This document shows positions 18,226 through 27,550 of a DNA stretch of 64,000 nucleotides, piece by piece (the first letter of the stretch is position 1; every line of letters begins with the position of its first letter). The notes below the pieces were generated by a model. It saw nothing but the letters and a program-made list of their open reading frames with translations. It did not search any database and was not told the DNA's origin. The stretch comes from Candidatus Bathyarchaeia archaeon (GTDB taxonomy: Archaea; Thermoproteota; Bathyarchaeia; 40CM-2-53-6): assembly GCA_049513715.1 (NCBI GenBank), contig JBEKVV010000004.1, positions 103,633-167,632 on the forward strand, given 5' to 3'. Made by a program: the position numbers and the translations under genes.

Positions 18226-20079
18226 ATGCATACCCTCCGCTCGAAGAGCGAGTGGGCATATGCATTGACGTCAGCAGAATTGGGCAGACTTCCCCATTGG
18301 AACTTATCAAACGTATACCCGAGCCTTGAGTCCGAACAATTCAAGCGGGCAATCGTGGATCTGCAAACTCAAGTCGATGTTATCGACACATATCTGAATG
18401 AACGCAAAATCTCCAGATCTTCCCCAGCCGCAAACGCGCTGGGAGCCAAGAATGCGATGGAGGGTTACTTGGAGAAAGCGAACGCAGTTTACCGGCTGTT
18501 CGGCACTTTGACCGCTTACGTTGCGTCCTTCGTTACCACGGATTCCTACAACACCGCCGCCAAGAAGCTGGAATCTGAGCTTGAAACGCTCGGCGTGCGG
18601 CTCCGCAAACAGGACATCAAGTTCCAAGGCTGGATCGGCAGCGTCGCCAACACTCTACCACAAATCCTAACGCAACCAGGCTTAGCAAAGGAACACGCGT
18701 TCTACCTTAACGAAACCGCTCAGCAGAGCCGTTACATGATGAGTGACGCCGAGGAATCCTTGGCCGCGGAGCTTGATTTGAGTGGCGGAAACGCCTGGGG
18801 CAAACTGCAAGGCACCGTCTGTTCGCAACTCACCGTGAGCTTCGATTTACACGGAAGAACTCAGAAGCTACCGATCACAGCCCTCCAGAACCTAAACCAC
18901 GACCATGACCCTGAAGTTCGCCGACGTGCCTACGAGGCAGAGCTAACCGCTTGGGAATCCGTACGCGAATCACTCGCAGCCGCTTTGAACGGCGTCAAAG
19001 GCGAGGTAGTGATAGTTGACAAGCGCCGTGGCCGAACCGATGCACTCCACGCCTCACTCGACCGTTCACGTTTAGATCGGGAAACACTCGAAGCAATGCT
19101 CAAAGTAATGCGTGACTCCTTTCCTATGTTCCGCCGCTACTTCAAAGCCAAAGCGAAACGGCTGGGGCATCAGGGTGCGCTGCCATGGTGGGACCTCTTT
19201 GCCCCTGTAGGTAAGAGTGAGCGGCGCTACTCGTGGGATGAGGCGAAGCATTTCATTCTAACCCAATTCCGAACCTTCAGCGACCACCTGGCCGATCTGG
19301 CTCAGAGGGCATTTGAACATGATTGGGTTGATGCTGAGTCAAGAGATGGGAAGCGGGGCGGGGCGTTCTGCATGGGCGTCCCAGCTGTTGATGAGTCTCG
19401 CATATTGTGTAATTTCGACGGCTCATTAGACCAAGTATCAACGGTTGCCCATGAGCTTGGGCACGCGTTCCACAACGATTGCCAAGTGGGCAAAACCATC
19501 CTGCAAACCATCACTCCCATGACCGTCGCTGAAACAGCATCAATCTTTAACGAAACAATCATCACCAACGCAGCACTAGCACAATCCAACGGGCCCGAAG
19601 AATCCCTGGCAATCCTGGAAGCGCAATTGGTTAATGCAAGCCAAATCGTTGTTGACATATCCTCAAGGTTCCTCTTTGAGAAGGAGGTTTTCGAGCGTCG
19701 CGAGAAATCGGAGTTGTCGGCAGATGATTTCTGTGAGATAATCCTACGCTGCCAGAGAGACACTTATGGTGATGGTCTCGACGAACACTACTTGCACAAG
19801 TACATGTGGGCGTGGAAGCCGCACTACTACAGCCCCTCATTCTCCTTCTACAACTATCCATACGCCTTCGGGTTACTCTTTGGAACAGGGCTCTATGCAA
19901 TCTACAAGGAACGCGGCCGAGAGTTCACTAAAGATTATGAAACCCTGCTAGCCAGCACCGGTGAAAGAACACCTGCAGAGCTCGCTGCCAGGTTCGGGAT
20001 CGACATCCGCAAACCCGACTTCTGGCAGGGCAGCCTGAAGGTTATCGAGCAACAGATTCAGCATTACTTGAAGCTCTGA
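18226..20079 (+). CDS. pepF: M3B oligoendopeptidase F (PepF-like)
   Basis: HELGHAFH zinc motif and about 617 aa from the ATG at 18226. The upstream part of the track ORF is antisense to the rhodanese gene. Confidence 0.85.
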   Translation: MHTLRSKSEWAYALTSAELGRLPHWNLSNVYPSLESEQFKRAIVDLQTQVDVIDTYLNERKISRSSPAANALGAKNAMEGYLEKANAVYRLFGTLTAYVASFVTTDSYNTAAKKLESELETLGVRLRKQDIKFQGWIGSVANTLPQILTQPGLAKEHAFYLNETAQQSRYMMSDAEESLAAELDLSGGNAWGKLQGTVCSQLTVSFDLHGRTQKLPITALQNLNHDHDPEVRRRAYEAELTAWESVRESLAAALNGVKGEVVIVDKRRGRTDALHASLDRSRLDRETLEAMLKVMRDSFPMFRRYFKAKAKRLGHQGALPWWDLFAPVGKSERRYSWDEAKHFILTQFRTFSDHLADLAQRAFEHDWVDAESRDGKRGGAFCMGVPAVDESRILCNFDGSLDQVSTVAHELGHAFHNDCQVGKTILQTITPMTVAETASIFNETIITNAALAQSNGPEESLAILEAQLVNASQIVVDISSRFLFEKEVFERREKSELSADDFCEIILRCQRDTYGDGLDEHYLHKYMWAWKPHYYSPSFSFYNYPYAFGLLFGTGLYAIYKERGREFTKDYETLLASTGERTPAELAARFGIDIRKPDFWQGSLKVIEQQIQHYLKL

Positions 20080-20163
20080 GGCAACCCCTTCCCTACTATT
20101 CACAATAATCTCGTTAGCGCGACGCAAAGTCTTATGGCTGGGTGGTCGCGAGTTTGCAGAACT

Positions 20164-21249
20164 ATGTTCAACTACGATGCCCTCGTAAGAAACGTTCTCA
20201 ATTCAACCCTCAGCATCCAGCCTGGCGATGATGTAATCGTCGAGTCTTGGGACCACGGACTTCCCATCGCAGACGCATTCATTTACAGGTTGCGTGAATT
20301 GGGCGCTCACCCAATGCTACTATTCGAGCACGAAGAAACATTCTGGAAATCAGCGGAATCGCTTCCTGAAGAGAAGCTTGGGAAGGTTGGGGAACATGAG
20401 TGGGCGGCGATCGAGAAGGCCAAGGGATATGTCTTCATCACAGGGCCTGCCGATTTTCTTAGAATTTGGAAGAACCGGACAAAGTTCGGCGCGGCAACCG
20501 CCTACAATGAGGAATGGTACGAGAGGGCCAAACGATATCGGCTGAAAGCAGCACGCATAGCACTAGGGTACGCCACACAGCAACGCGCTCGCGCCTACAA
20601 CATTCCACTCGCCGCTTGGCAGCGCATGCTGATTGCAGCCTCCACGGTGGACTTCACCGCGCTCAAGGAAAGGGTAGCGAAGTTCGGCTCCCTCATGCGG
20701 AGCGGCGATGTGAAACTCACAGCATCCAACGGCACAAACCTGAACCTTCGACTGAGCGGTCGGGATCCGTCCCGAGACGACTGCACCGTTGACGCGGAGG
20801 ATCTTGATCGTGGCAAAAATGTTGCAAACATCCCAAGTGGCGACGTCCTAGCCTGCCCGGACGAGACATATGCTGAGGGAACTGGCGCTTTTGATAGGCC
20901 AGCCCCGTTCATGGGCAAATGGGTTGGCGGAGTACGATTAGAGTTCAAGAATGGTCTGTTGTCGGATTATCGAGGGCGTCTGAACGCTGAGCTCCTGAAA
21001 GCAAGCTATGACAAGGCCACTGGTGAGCGAGATAGGATTGCGGTCATTGGAGTTGGTGTGAATCCGAAGGCGAAGACTGGGTTCCTGCAAGACAGTCTAG
21101 CCCCCGGTGTCGTGACTGTGGGAATCGGGGGCAACGATGACATAGGCGGCGCCAACAAAACCGATTTCTATTTCGCCGGGGTTCTAACTAAGGCCACGTT
21201 AACTGTTGACGGCAAAGTTATCGTGGAGAACGGAAAACTCATTCTGTAA
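20164..21249 (+). CDS. M29 family aminopeptidase (AmpS/aminopeptidase T-like)
   Basis: MFNYDALVRNVLNSTLSIQPGDDVIVESWDHG N-terminus and overall M29 pattern. Confidence 0.7.
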   Translation: MFNYDALVRNVLNSTLSIQPGDDVIVESWDHGLPIADAFIYRLRELGAHPMLLFEHEETFWKSAESLPEEKLGKVGEHEWAAIEKAKGYVFITGPADFLRIWKNRTKFGAATAYNEEWYERAKRYRLKAARIALGYATQQRARAYNIPLAAWQRMLIAASTVDFTALKERVAKFGSLMRSGDVKLTASNGTNLNLRLSGRDPSRDDCTVDAEDLDRGKNVANIPSGDVLACPDETYAEGTGAFDRPAPFMGKWVGGVRLEFKNGLLSDYRGRLNAELLKASYDKATGERDRIAVIGVGVNPKAKTGFLQDSLAPGVVTVGIGGNDDIGGANKTDFYFAGVLTKATLTVDGKVIVENGKLIL

Positions 21250-21387
21250 GCCAGATCGTCTGATTTCTCAAGAAAATACGTGATGTGAGCTCAGCTGGTC
21301 GAGAAAGAAACTGCAGTTCTGAACCGAAGGATTCTTTTCAGAGAGTTTCTAATCGCTCTAGTCCCCATCACAGCGCTCATCGCCGCT

Positions 21388-21855
21388 TTGGCGTCCAGAA
21401 GTCTGGTGTTGCTCGATTATGTTCATGTGATAACCGGCGGAACGTGGACGGGGATAGACCTCTTCATGGGACTGGTGATGACTAGGATCATGCGTTCTCT
21501 GCCAATCCCACAAAGAGTGGCCATCGCCAGTCGTCTGACGCCTAAGACTCTCTTCCTCCTACCCTCACTTGCATCAACCGCAATAACTGCTGGCGTCTAC
21601 ATGGCAATGGCCGAAGGCGTATTCAGCTTCCACTCGCCCTGGATCGTGGCAGCGATAGTCGTAGTGACCATACTAACAGTGCAAGGCTTCGGGCTCCTAA
21701 TGCCAAACAGCATCAGAATCCTCCTAGAAATTCGCAAAGGAAACCCCGACACGGAGAAGATAGCTCGGTTGAACTTGAGAAACCTCAGGGTCTCGGGAAG
21801 CCAAGCAGCCTTTCAGATTGCGATAATATTCATCATGGCCAACCTCGCAATCTGA
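21388..21855 (+). CDS. Hypothetical membrane protein
   Basis: Four or five TM segments. The frame stays open upstream to 21289 and encodes a further TM-like segment with no ATG/GTG/TTG, so the start is uncertain. Confidence 0.45.
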   Translation: MASRSLVLLDYVHVITGGTWTGIDLFMGLVMTRIMRSLPIPQRVAIASRLTPKTLFLLPSLASTAITAGVYMAMAEGVFSFHSPWIVAAIVVVTILTVQGFGLLMPNSIRILLEIRKGNPDTEKIARLNLRNLRVSGSQAAFQIAIIFIMANLAI

Positions 21856-21868
21856 GTGGCCCAGTGCC

Positions 21869-22363
21869 TTAAGATTGATTTTTCTCTCCGGGCTTCGTTT
21901 TCCCAAACGGAAGCCGTTTGAGCACCTCGACAACCTCATGCGTATGCTCCGTAACGTCCACGTTCGTGAAGACCTTGGCAATTCGGCCCTCTCTGTCGAT
22001 TATGAATGTTGTTCTTTCGGCATACGAGCCATCTTCACTCAGAACCCCGTAAGCCTTCGAGATCCGCTTCTCATGGTCGCTGACGAGGGGAAAGTTCAGA
22101 CTGTTTTTCTCGGCGAATTTCTTGTGGGAATCGACGGCGTCGACGCTAACGCCAATGACCTCAGTCCAGAGAGCGGTTATCGATTGTAATTTGTCTCTGA
22201 AACTGCAGGCTTCAATTGTGCAACCTTTGGTATCATCCTTCGGGTAGAAGTATAGTACCACGTTCTTCTTTCCGAGGTAGTCTTTGAGTCGGATCTGGGT
22301 GTCAGTGGATGTTGACCCCTCGAAATCAGGTGCCATATCACCGGCTTTCAGTTTTGCTTCCAC
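21869..22363 (-). CDS. bcp: Thioredoxin-dependent peroxiredoxin (Bcp type)
   Basis: FYPKDDTKGCTIEACSF peroxidatic-Cys motif. Confidence 0.85.
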   Translation of the reverse strand: MEAKLKAGDMAPDFEGSTSTDTQIRLKDYLGKKNVVLYFYPKDDTKGCTIEACSFRDKLQSITALWTEVIGVSVDAVDSHKKFAEKNSLNFPLVSDHEKRISKAYGVLSEDGSYAERTTFIIDREGRIAKVFTNVDVTEHTHEVVEVLKRLPFGKTKPGEKNQS

Positions 22364-22491
22364 AGCTGTTCCCTGCTCTCCAATTCTATAGCTACGAACG
22401 CCAATGCCTTGCCGCGTTTATCACGCTTGCTCTGAAATGGGACTTGGCAAATTGCGGGGCGCGTCCTTAATCAGTACATGTAACAACTAAT

Positions 22492-23289
22492 GTGTTGGGT
22501 AATTTGCGAACGTCCACTTTTCCCGCAATCTATTTGCTGATTCTGCTTTTTGTTAGTGGGACCTTGATGACGGCGGCCGCTGTTGACCCTTCGCGGGAGT
22601 TCGGGGGAGTCTTCTATTTTCACTATGGATCTCAGTTGTACCGGAATCAGAATGCATCGATCACACTCCTTGAAGAAGCAAATCTTACCTCTCCCGTAGG
22701 GGTCACCCCTCAAGTGGTTGAGGTGGCTTCTGATATTCGCAATGCGACGTCGGTCTTCGGGTCGATTTGGGTTGGGACGGTGGCTTGGGTTACTCAGCCT
22801 CTGGTTCAGTCAACATCAATCCAAGGCCCGGTAGTGTTCGCCGTTTGGTTATCCAGCGACGACTCGGCCCCATCTTTCTCAGGCGTGGGAGCAGGCATTG
22901 CCATCTTGAATCAGCAGAATGAAACCGTGGGAGACTACGATTATACATACTCATACGCCGAGGGAAGCATTCTAACCCCCACTCCTAAAGAGTACGATTT
23001 CACAGTTGATTGGAACAGGCATGTTGACACTGACCAGAGGCTGGTTTTCGCGGTCGGCGTCGGGTCCACGATGGAGGGCTGGCGAATGAAAGTGTACTAT
23101 GGCGCAGCAGAATACCCCAGTCACACCCAGCTACCAATATCCATGTTGGTCATTCCGGAGTTCACTCAACCCATTATGCTTCTAACCGTAGTTTGCGCAA
23201 TTGTCGTCACATTCGGTGCAGCCCAAAGGGAATCTAACAGGTACGGCGATGAGTCTCAATGTTCCGGGGCATCGCTAAACGTAAAGTGA
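22492..23289 (+). CDS. Secreted hypothetical protein with PEF-CTERM-like anchor
   Basis: N-terminal signal/anchor. The C-terminus reads VIPEFTQPIMLLTVVCAIVVTFGAAQRE, that is PEF followed by a TM helix and a basic residue. Confidence 0.5.
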   Translation: MLGNLRTSTFPAIYLLILLFVSGTLMTAAAVDPSREFGGVFYFHYGSQLYRNQNASITLLEEANLTSPVGVTPQVVEVASDIRNATSVFGSIWVGTVAWVTQPLVQSTSIQGPVVFAVWLSSDDSAPSFSGVGAGIAILNQQNETVGDYDYTYSYAEGSILTPTPKEYDFTVDWNRHVDTDQRLVFAVGVGSTMEGWRMKVYYGAAEYPSHTQLPISMLVIPEFTQPIMLLTVVCAIVVTFGAAQRESNRYGDESQCSGASLNVK

Positions 23290-23425
23290 ATTTCAGAAAT
23301 TTCGAGTGCCCGAAATTGTGCGGTGTGTGCGTCTAAGAGTTTACATATCGGGGTCGAGTTGGCAAGGAGAATCGGGCAGGCTAAACTTGGACAATCGTTC
23401 TGGGTTGTCAAAGGTTACGATTTGC

Positions 23426-24463
23426 ATGCTGACAATCGTGTTGGCAATTGCGTTATTCCTGCCCTTGAACGTTCATGCGTCAGCTGGTAACCGAGCAGCC
23501 CCGCTCTCAGCAACAACCCTAGTGCCCTCCGGGATTGGCGCTAACACATCTCTTCCAACAGCCCAAGCTCCTACTACGAGAGACATTATTGTTGAGTGGA
23601 TGAAGACTCAATCCGGGCAAGATAGGTTCAATCCTGAATTCATCATTGTAACCCAAATGGATACCGTGAACTTGGTATTCATCAACAACGATACGGTTGC
23701 GCACGACTTTGTGATAGGGCCTCCGTACAACATACTCGTGAACGCTTCAGTTCCTGGGCTGTACGATGACGTGACCGGGCAGAAAATCACCACGCCGGCA
23801 CTTCGCAATTCCCCCGGCGTAGTGGTCACAGGCACACCTGGAAATGTTTCAGCGTCGTACTCATTCGTGGCAAGATACGCTGGCATTTTCCAGTACGTGT
23901 GCACTTACCACATTGAGGTCGGTATGATTGGTTACCTGGTAGTATTAGCGCCTACATCTCCCAGTTCAGGTCAAACCCAACCCAACGCTACCACCCAAGC
24001 GGGGCAAAGCCCCAACACAGTGCAGGTCAGCATCGACGCCGGATCCGGCGTCAACACCAACTTACCAGGCTATACGCCTGCGGACATTACGGTTGTAATC
24101 GGCGTAAACAACACGGTCGTGTGGGCTAATAACGACGACATGCCGCACACCGTGACCGCCCTCGACGGCAGTTTCGATTCTGCGAACCTGAATCCCGGCA
24201 AACCGTTCGTCCACACCTTCACCAATCCGGGGGTATTCGCCTACACGTGTATGTACCATCGTTGGATGAATGGGACCGTGACTGTTCTGGGTGGGGCGGG
24301 CAGTTCGCCAGTTCAGGGGTCTGGGGATTTCACGGTGGTCTTAACGGGGCATGAGATCTACGGAATAATGGCCTTCGCAATAGTCATCATATTCGGGCTG
24401 ATGCTAGTCTTCACGAAAACAAGGCATAAGGACCAGCAACCGTCGTCTGGCACCGTTGGCTGA
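23426..24463 (+). CDS. Membrane-anchored protein with two cupredoxin (plastocyanin/azurin-like) domains
   Basis: Two type-1 copper ligand sets: H...CTYHIEVGM and H...CMYHRWM. Signal peptide MLTIVLAIALFLPLNVHA and a C-terminal TM. Confidence 0.75.
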   Translation: MLTIVLAIALFLPLNVHASAGNRAAPLSATTLVPSGIGANTSLPTAQAPTTRDIIVEWMKTQSGQDRFNPEFIIVTQMDTVNLVFINNDTVAHDFVIGPPYNILVNASVPGLYDDVTGQKITTPALRNSPGVVVTGTPGNVSASYSFVARYAGIFQYVCTYHIEVGMIGYLVVLAPTSPSSGQTQPNATTQAGQSPNTVQVSIDAGSGVNTNLPGYTPADITVVIGVNNTVVWANNDDMPHTVTALDGSFDSANLNPGKPFVHTFTNPGVFAYTCMYHRWMNGTVTVLGGAGSSPVQGSGDFTVVLTGHEIYGIMAFAIVIIFGLMLVFTKTRHKDQQPSSGTVG

Positions 24464-24637
24464 GGAAGGTTCGCAACACTAGCTAATTCGTTTGTTATTG
24501 TTCTTCTGGGCTTGCTTGGTCTGAGTCCGCGTTTTTCCATGGTGAGTATTGGAAGAGGTAGTGGCGCATGAAGTTCTGTTGCGAGGTTCCCTTCAACTCC
24601 GAAATCTCCCGCACCTTTACCCACAAAGGCGCAAAAT

Positions 24638-24813
24638 TGGTGCGGGGAAGGGGATTCGAACCCCTGAAGGCCTACGCGGATTCTACTGTTCTGATTCCTC
24701 TACGCCACAGGATCCCTTCTCTCCAGGCCGAAACGAAACGCTTTCGATCTTAAGTGTGGCCCCACCCAGAACCGGGCGGACCTGCCCCTTTGGCCTGGCT
24801 CGGGTACCCCCGC
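24638..24813 (-). tRNA. tRNA-Leu(UAA), class II, with introns at 30/31 and 37/38 plus a 28-nt variable-arm insertion
   Basis: 5' GCGGGGG-UA-CCCGAGCCAGGCCAAAGGG D-arm. Anticodon stem CAGG+A / UCCUG after removing 24756-24780. Loop CUUAAG+A after removing 24714-24748. T-arm AGGGG-UUCGAAU-CCCCU. Acceptor UCCCCGC-A-CCA. Confidence 0.75.
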
Positions 24814-24948
24814 GCCGCACAACCCCACCAAACCCCAACCCAATCTTTAAGCTTCTTCCAAAGCAACCGACCGCCAAGGTTCCAGGAAACCGTTCTTTTG
24901 CTGCCAAACCCTCAAGGCTTTTAGTTTCGTAAAGCCGGTTCACGGGTT

Positions 24949-25092
24949 GGGCCCGTAGCTCAGGTTGGATAGAGCGGCAGACCCCGCACACGCTGCGGGT
25001 GCACCTTTGCCGAACCCCCTAAGGAACACCGGAAAAAGCTGTAGAACCCTTAGGTGCAGAAGTCCGGGGTTCAAATCCCCGCGGGCCCGCCA
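24949..25092 (+). tRNA. tRNA with Lys/Arg-like body and multiple insertions; anticodon unresolved
   Basis: GGGCCCG-UA-GCUC-AGGUUGGAUA-GAGC-G. T-arm CGGGG-UUCAAAU-CCCCG. Acceptor CGGGCCC-G-CCA. A clean BHB (CUGU/GCAG helix, bulges AGA and AAG, ACC/GGU hairpin) removes 25045-25061 and gives variable loop AGGUC. The anticodon exon could not be placed. Confidence 0.6.
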
Positions 25093-25096
25093 CCAT

Positions 25097-25345
25097 CTGC
25101 CAAGCCGGAGATACGGTGAAGAAGTCATGGCCTGGGTCAAACTAAAACCCGGTGCTACTGCAACATCCAAGGAACTAACAGACTACTGCAAGGGTAAGAT
25201 TGCTTACTTCAAAATCCCATCATACTTCAAGTTCACCGACACTTATCCAATGACTGTCACAGGTAAGATTCAAAAATTCAAGATTCGGGAAATATCTACC
25301 AAAGAGCTCGGGTTAGAAGAGGCAGCAGCCGTGAAAACGGCGTAG
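25097..25345 (+). pseudogene. 3' remnant of an AMP-dependent acyl-CoA synthetase/ligase gene
   Basis: ...[62 protein letters not shown] is the C-terminal roughly 80 aa of the AMP-binding enzyme family. Homology starts 5 nt after the tRNA CCA, and no N-terminal domain is present. Confidence 0.7.
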
Positions 25346-25381
25346 CTTATGGCCCTCCAGCATTTCTTCCCGTTCAGCATC

Positions 25382-26317
25382 CTAGAGGCCTAATGATATT
25401 GGCTCTTGAATGAAGGGAGTATGGCGCCCGATCCTCGAAATGCGGCTTTCAAGAAGAGAAGGTCCTGTTTCCAGGTCTAAGGGATGGCTCTGCCATGTGC
25501 TGCATTGGTTTTGGGTTTGGTCGAGTATTCGTGCTTCGAGCCTATAGTCGCTGTCCTCTTGTTTGGATTTATACTCTATGATAACATCCGCGAACCGTTT
25601 GAGTATTGCTGTTTTCTTTGAATCATGCATGTCTTCGGTTGCTAGCAGAAATGCGGTTTGCCCGTTTGTTCGTATCCTGGTAAAGAGTTTGCATAGGAAC
25701 GAGTAGAGTCCCGATGGGACCGTAGATACTGAGAGTACATTATCGAGAAAATCACCGACTATTAGCGGAATCCGTCCGGTTCTTGTTTTGGATAGTCTGT
25801 CAAGGCTTAGGCTTATGTCTGTCAAATCGGTGGGTGGGACTATGGTGAGGCGCGTGCCATTTGGTAAGTTCCCGCCATCTGTGAAAGTTGCCCAGAGAAC
25901 TCTTGATCTTGCGGGTGGCCGAAGTGAAATGGGCGTGGTCGGCCCCAACGCCAAGAGGACGCTGTTGATGTAGAGGTCCTTTGAAATGCTCAATGCGTCT
26001 TGGAGGATGTTGACTGCCCCGACATCTCCTTTGGTTATGGCGATGATGATTCTGTAATCTAGTATTGGTCGAGGGAGTTGAAGTAGCGCTGGGTAAGTCG
26101 CTGAATCAATAGCCGTAATCGGACGGCTGTAATCTGTGCTGGTGTTGAAGGACATGCCGAGCGCCGGAACATCAATGTACTGTTTTACGTATATTAATGT
26201 TTCATGGATGTGGAAAACACATGAATCAACTCCAACAAAGACGCCAGAACATAATGGAGACATGTCAATGGCGGCTCTCACAAAACTCTCGAAGTATGCT
26301 GGCGGCCTGGTTTGCAC
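25382..26317 (-). CDS. Hypothetical protein with degenerate KaiC/RecA-like C-terminal half (no Walker A)
   Basis: GRIPLIVGDFLDNVLSVS...NGQTAFLLATEDMHDSKKTAILKRFADVIIEY resembles KaiC-like ATPase strands. No GxxxxGK(T/S) was found. Confidence 0.4.
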   Translation of the reverse strand: MQTRPPAYFESFVRAAIDMSPLCSGVFVGVDSCVFHIHETLIYVKQYIDVPALGMSFNTSTDYSRPITAIDSATYPALLQLPRPILDYRIIIAITKGDVGAVNILQDALSISKDLYINSVLLALGPTTPISLRPPARSRVLWATFTDGGNLPNGTRLTIVPPTDLTDISLSLDRLSKTRTGRIPLIVGDFLDNVLSVSTVPSGLYSFLCKLFTRIRTNGQTAFLLATEDMHDSKKTAILKRFADVIIEYKSKQEDSDYRLEARILDQTQNQCSTWQSHPLDLETGPSLLESRISRIGRHTPFIQEPISLGL

Positions 26318-26456
26318 ATTCGGCGGACTCTATCTGGGCAATGCATACGGCGCGGGGTACTGGCGCTTTGGCCCACTAAACCTAGCTTGGGACACGATCT
26401 TCCGCGGAACCATGCTGGTTCTGATCGGATTCATGCTGATCAGAATTAGCAAATAG
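26262..26456 (+). CDS. Small two-TM membrane protein (hypothetical)
   Basis: MSMAALTKLSKYAGGLVCTFGGLYLGN...GTMLVLIGFMLIRISK. It is the only part of the track ORF that does not overlap the neighbouring gene. Confidence 0.3.
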   Translation: MSMAALTKLSKYAGGLVCTFGGLYLGNAYGAGYWRFGPLNLAWDTIFRGTMLVLIGFMLIRISK

Positions 26457-26599
26457 CTTGAACATTCAGCACCAAACATTGTCACGTTAGCGCTTTCCCG
26501 GCATAATGACGCCGACAGCAAGTAATGGCCATGCATATTGCAGGGTCCATGTCTACGTAAGCATTGTAATCCTGTAACAACTTCCAAAACTTCCGAGTT

Positions 26600-27427
26600 G
26601 TGATTTTACTTGAACTTGTCAGTATGGTAGAGCATCCTTTTTTTAGGGGAACAACTCGGAGGCCGCGAAAGGTGCAAGACTTGAAAAAACTACTGGTTGC
26701 CACAATCATTCTAGCGGTCATGATTACCTTTTCAGTCGGAACATCGATTCCTGTTCGTTCACAGACTCAACAAAAGGCATTGATTCTCTCGTCACTCGAG
26801 AAATATCAACCCACACATTATCTTGACAGAACAATACGATACCTGACCAACGATGGATACAACGTTACTCTCGTAAAGGATACTGCGGTGACCTTGAACT
26901 TACTGACAACACAACTGAACAACTACGACGTAGTATTCTGGCGCACTAATGTCTACGAGTGGCATCACGTAACCTACTGGTACGTAGGGGAGCTAACCAA
27001 CAAGGCAACAATGCAAGCGTACACTCAAGATGTCACCAACGGTTACGTGGACGACACAAACGCCATACTCGGCATTAACATGAACTTCCTATTCGAGCAT
27101 TTCCCGGCAGGCTCGCTGAACCATGTCAAACTGGCGGTTTTGACAGGTAGTTCCACAGCCAACATTGCCGATGTATTCGTTGCAGCTGGCGTGAAAGGAA
27201 CCGTCGACTACTACCAATCAGTTTCTTTGGCATTTGGAGAAACAGACGAAATCACAGCGATAGTCGTCGCCTACTTGACAAGCGGGGTTTCGCTTCAGAA
27301 TGCAGTCTGGCAGACCCTCATCCCATTTATCAGTCAACAGATAAATGGGGGCCCAGACCCGCTGGTCGAGACCAGCCAGATCCCTCCGCTATGGTACTTC
27401 GGCAGCGGTACACTGACGATACCTTAG
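26600..27427 (+). CDS. Secreted/anchored hypothetical protein
   Basis: N-terminal signal anchor LLVATIILAVMITFSVG followed by a 230 aa domain of unknown family. Confidence 0.45.
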   Translation: MILLELVSMVEHPFFRGTTRRPRKVQDLKKLLVATIILAVMITFSVGTSIPVRSQTQQKALILSSLEKYQPTHYLDRTIRYLTNDGYNVTLVKDTAVTLNLLTTQLNNYDVVFWRTNVYEWHHVTYWYVGELTNKATMQAYTQDVTNGYVDDTNAILGINMNFLFEHFPAGSLNHVKLAVLTGSSTANIADVFVAAGVKGTVDYYQSVSLAFGETDEITAIVVAYLTSGVSLQNAVWQTLIPFISQQINGGPDPLVETSQIPPLWYFGSGTLTIP

Positions 27428-27550
27428 TCAGCTCACGTACATCGAACCGTGACTCGCTTAACCTCCCTCTTTATTTCGGTGACGTTCTACTCAATACCTA
27501 GAATTCCACAGCTTCGTGCACTAAGGCAATTCGTATAAAGTTCCTCATTG

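Noticed and set aside
21250-21387. Possible stop-codon readthrough linking the M29 aminopeptidase to the downstream membrane protein (same frame)
   Set aside because: Two in-frame stops (21247 TAA and 21286 TGA) separate them. The simpler explanation is an unrecognised or non-canonical start for the membrane protein.
24549-24991. Track ORFs 24549-24932(+), 24568-24753(+), 24683-24991(-) and 24940-25170(-), plus the first 44 codons of 24965-25345
   Set aside because: They overlap the two tRNA genes and their GC-rich stems. The products are low-complexity and Arg/Pro-rich.
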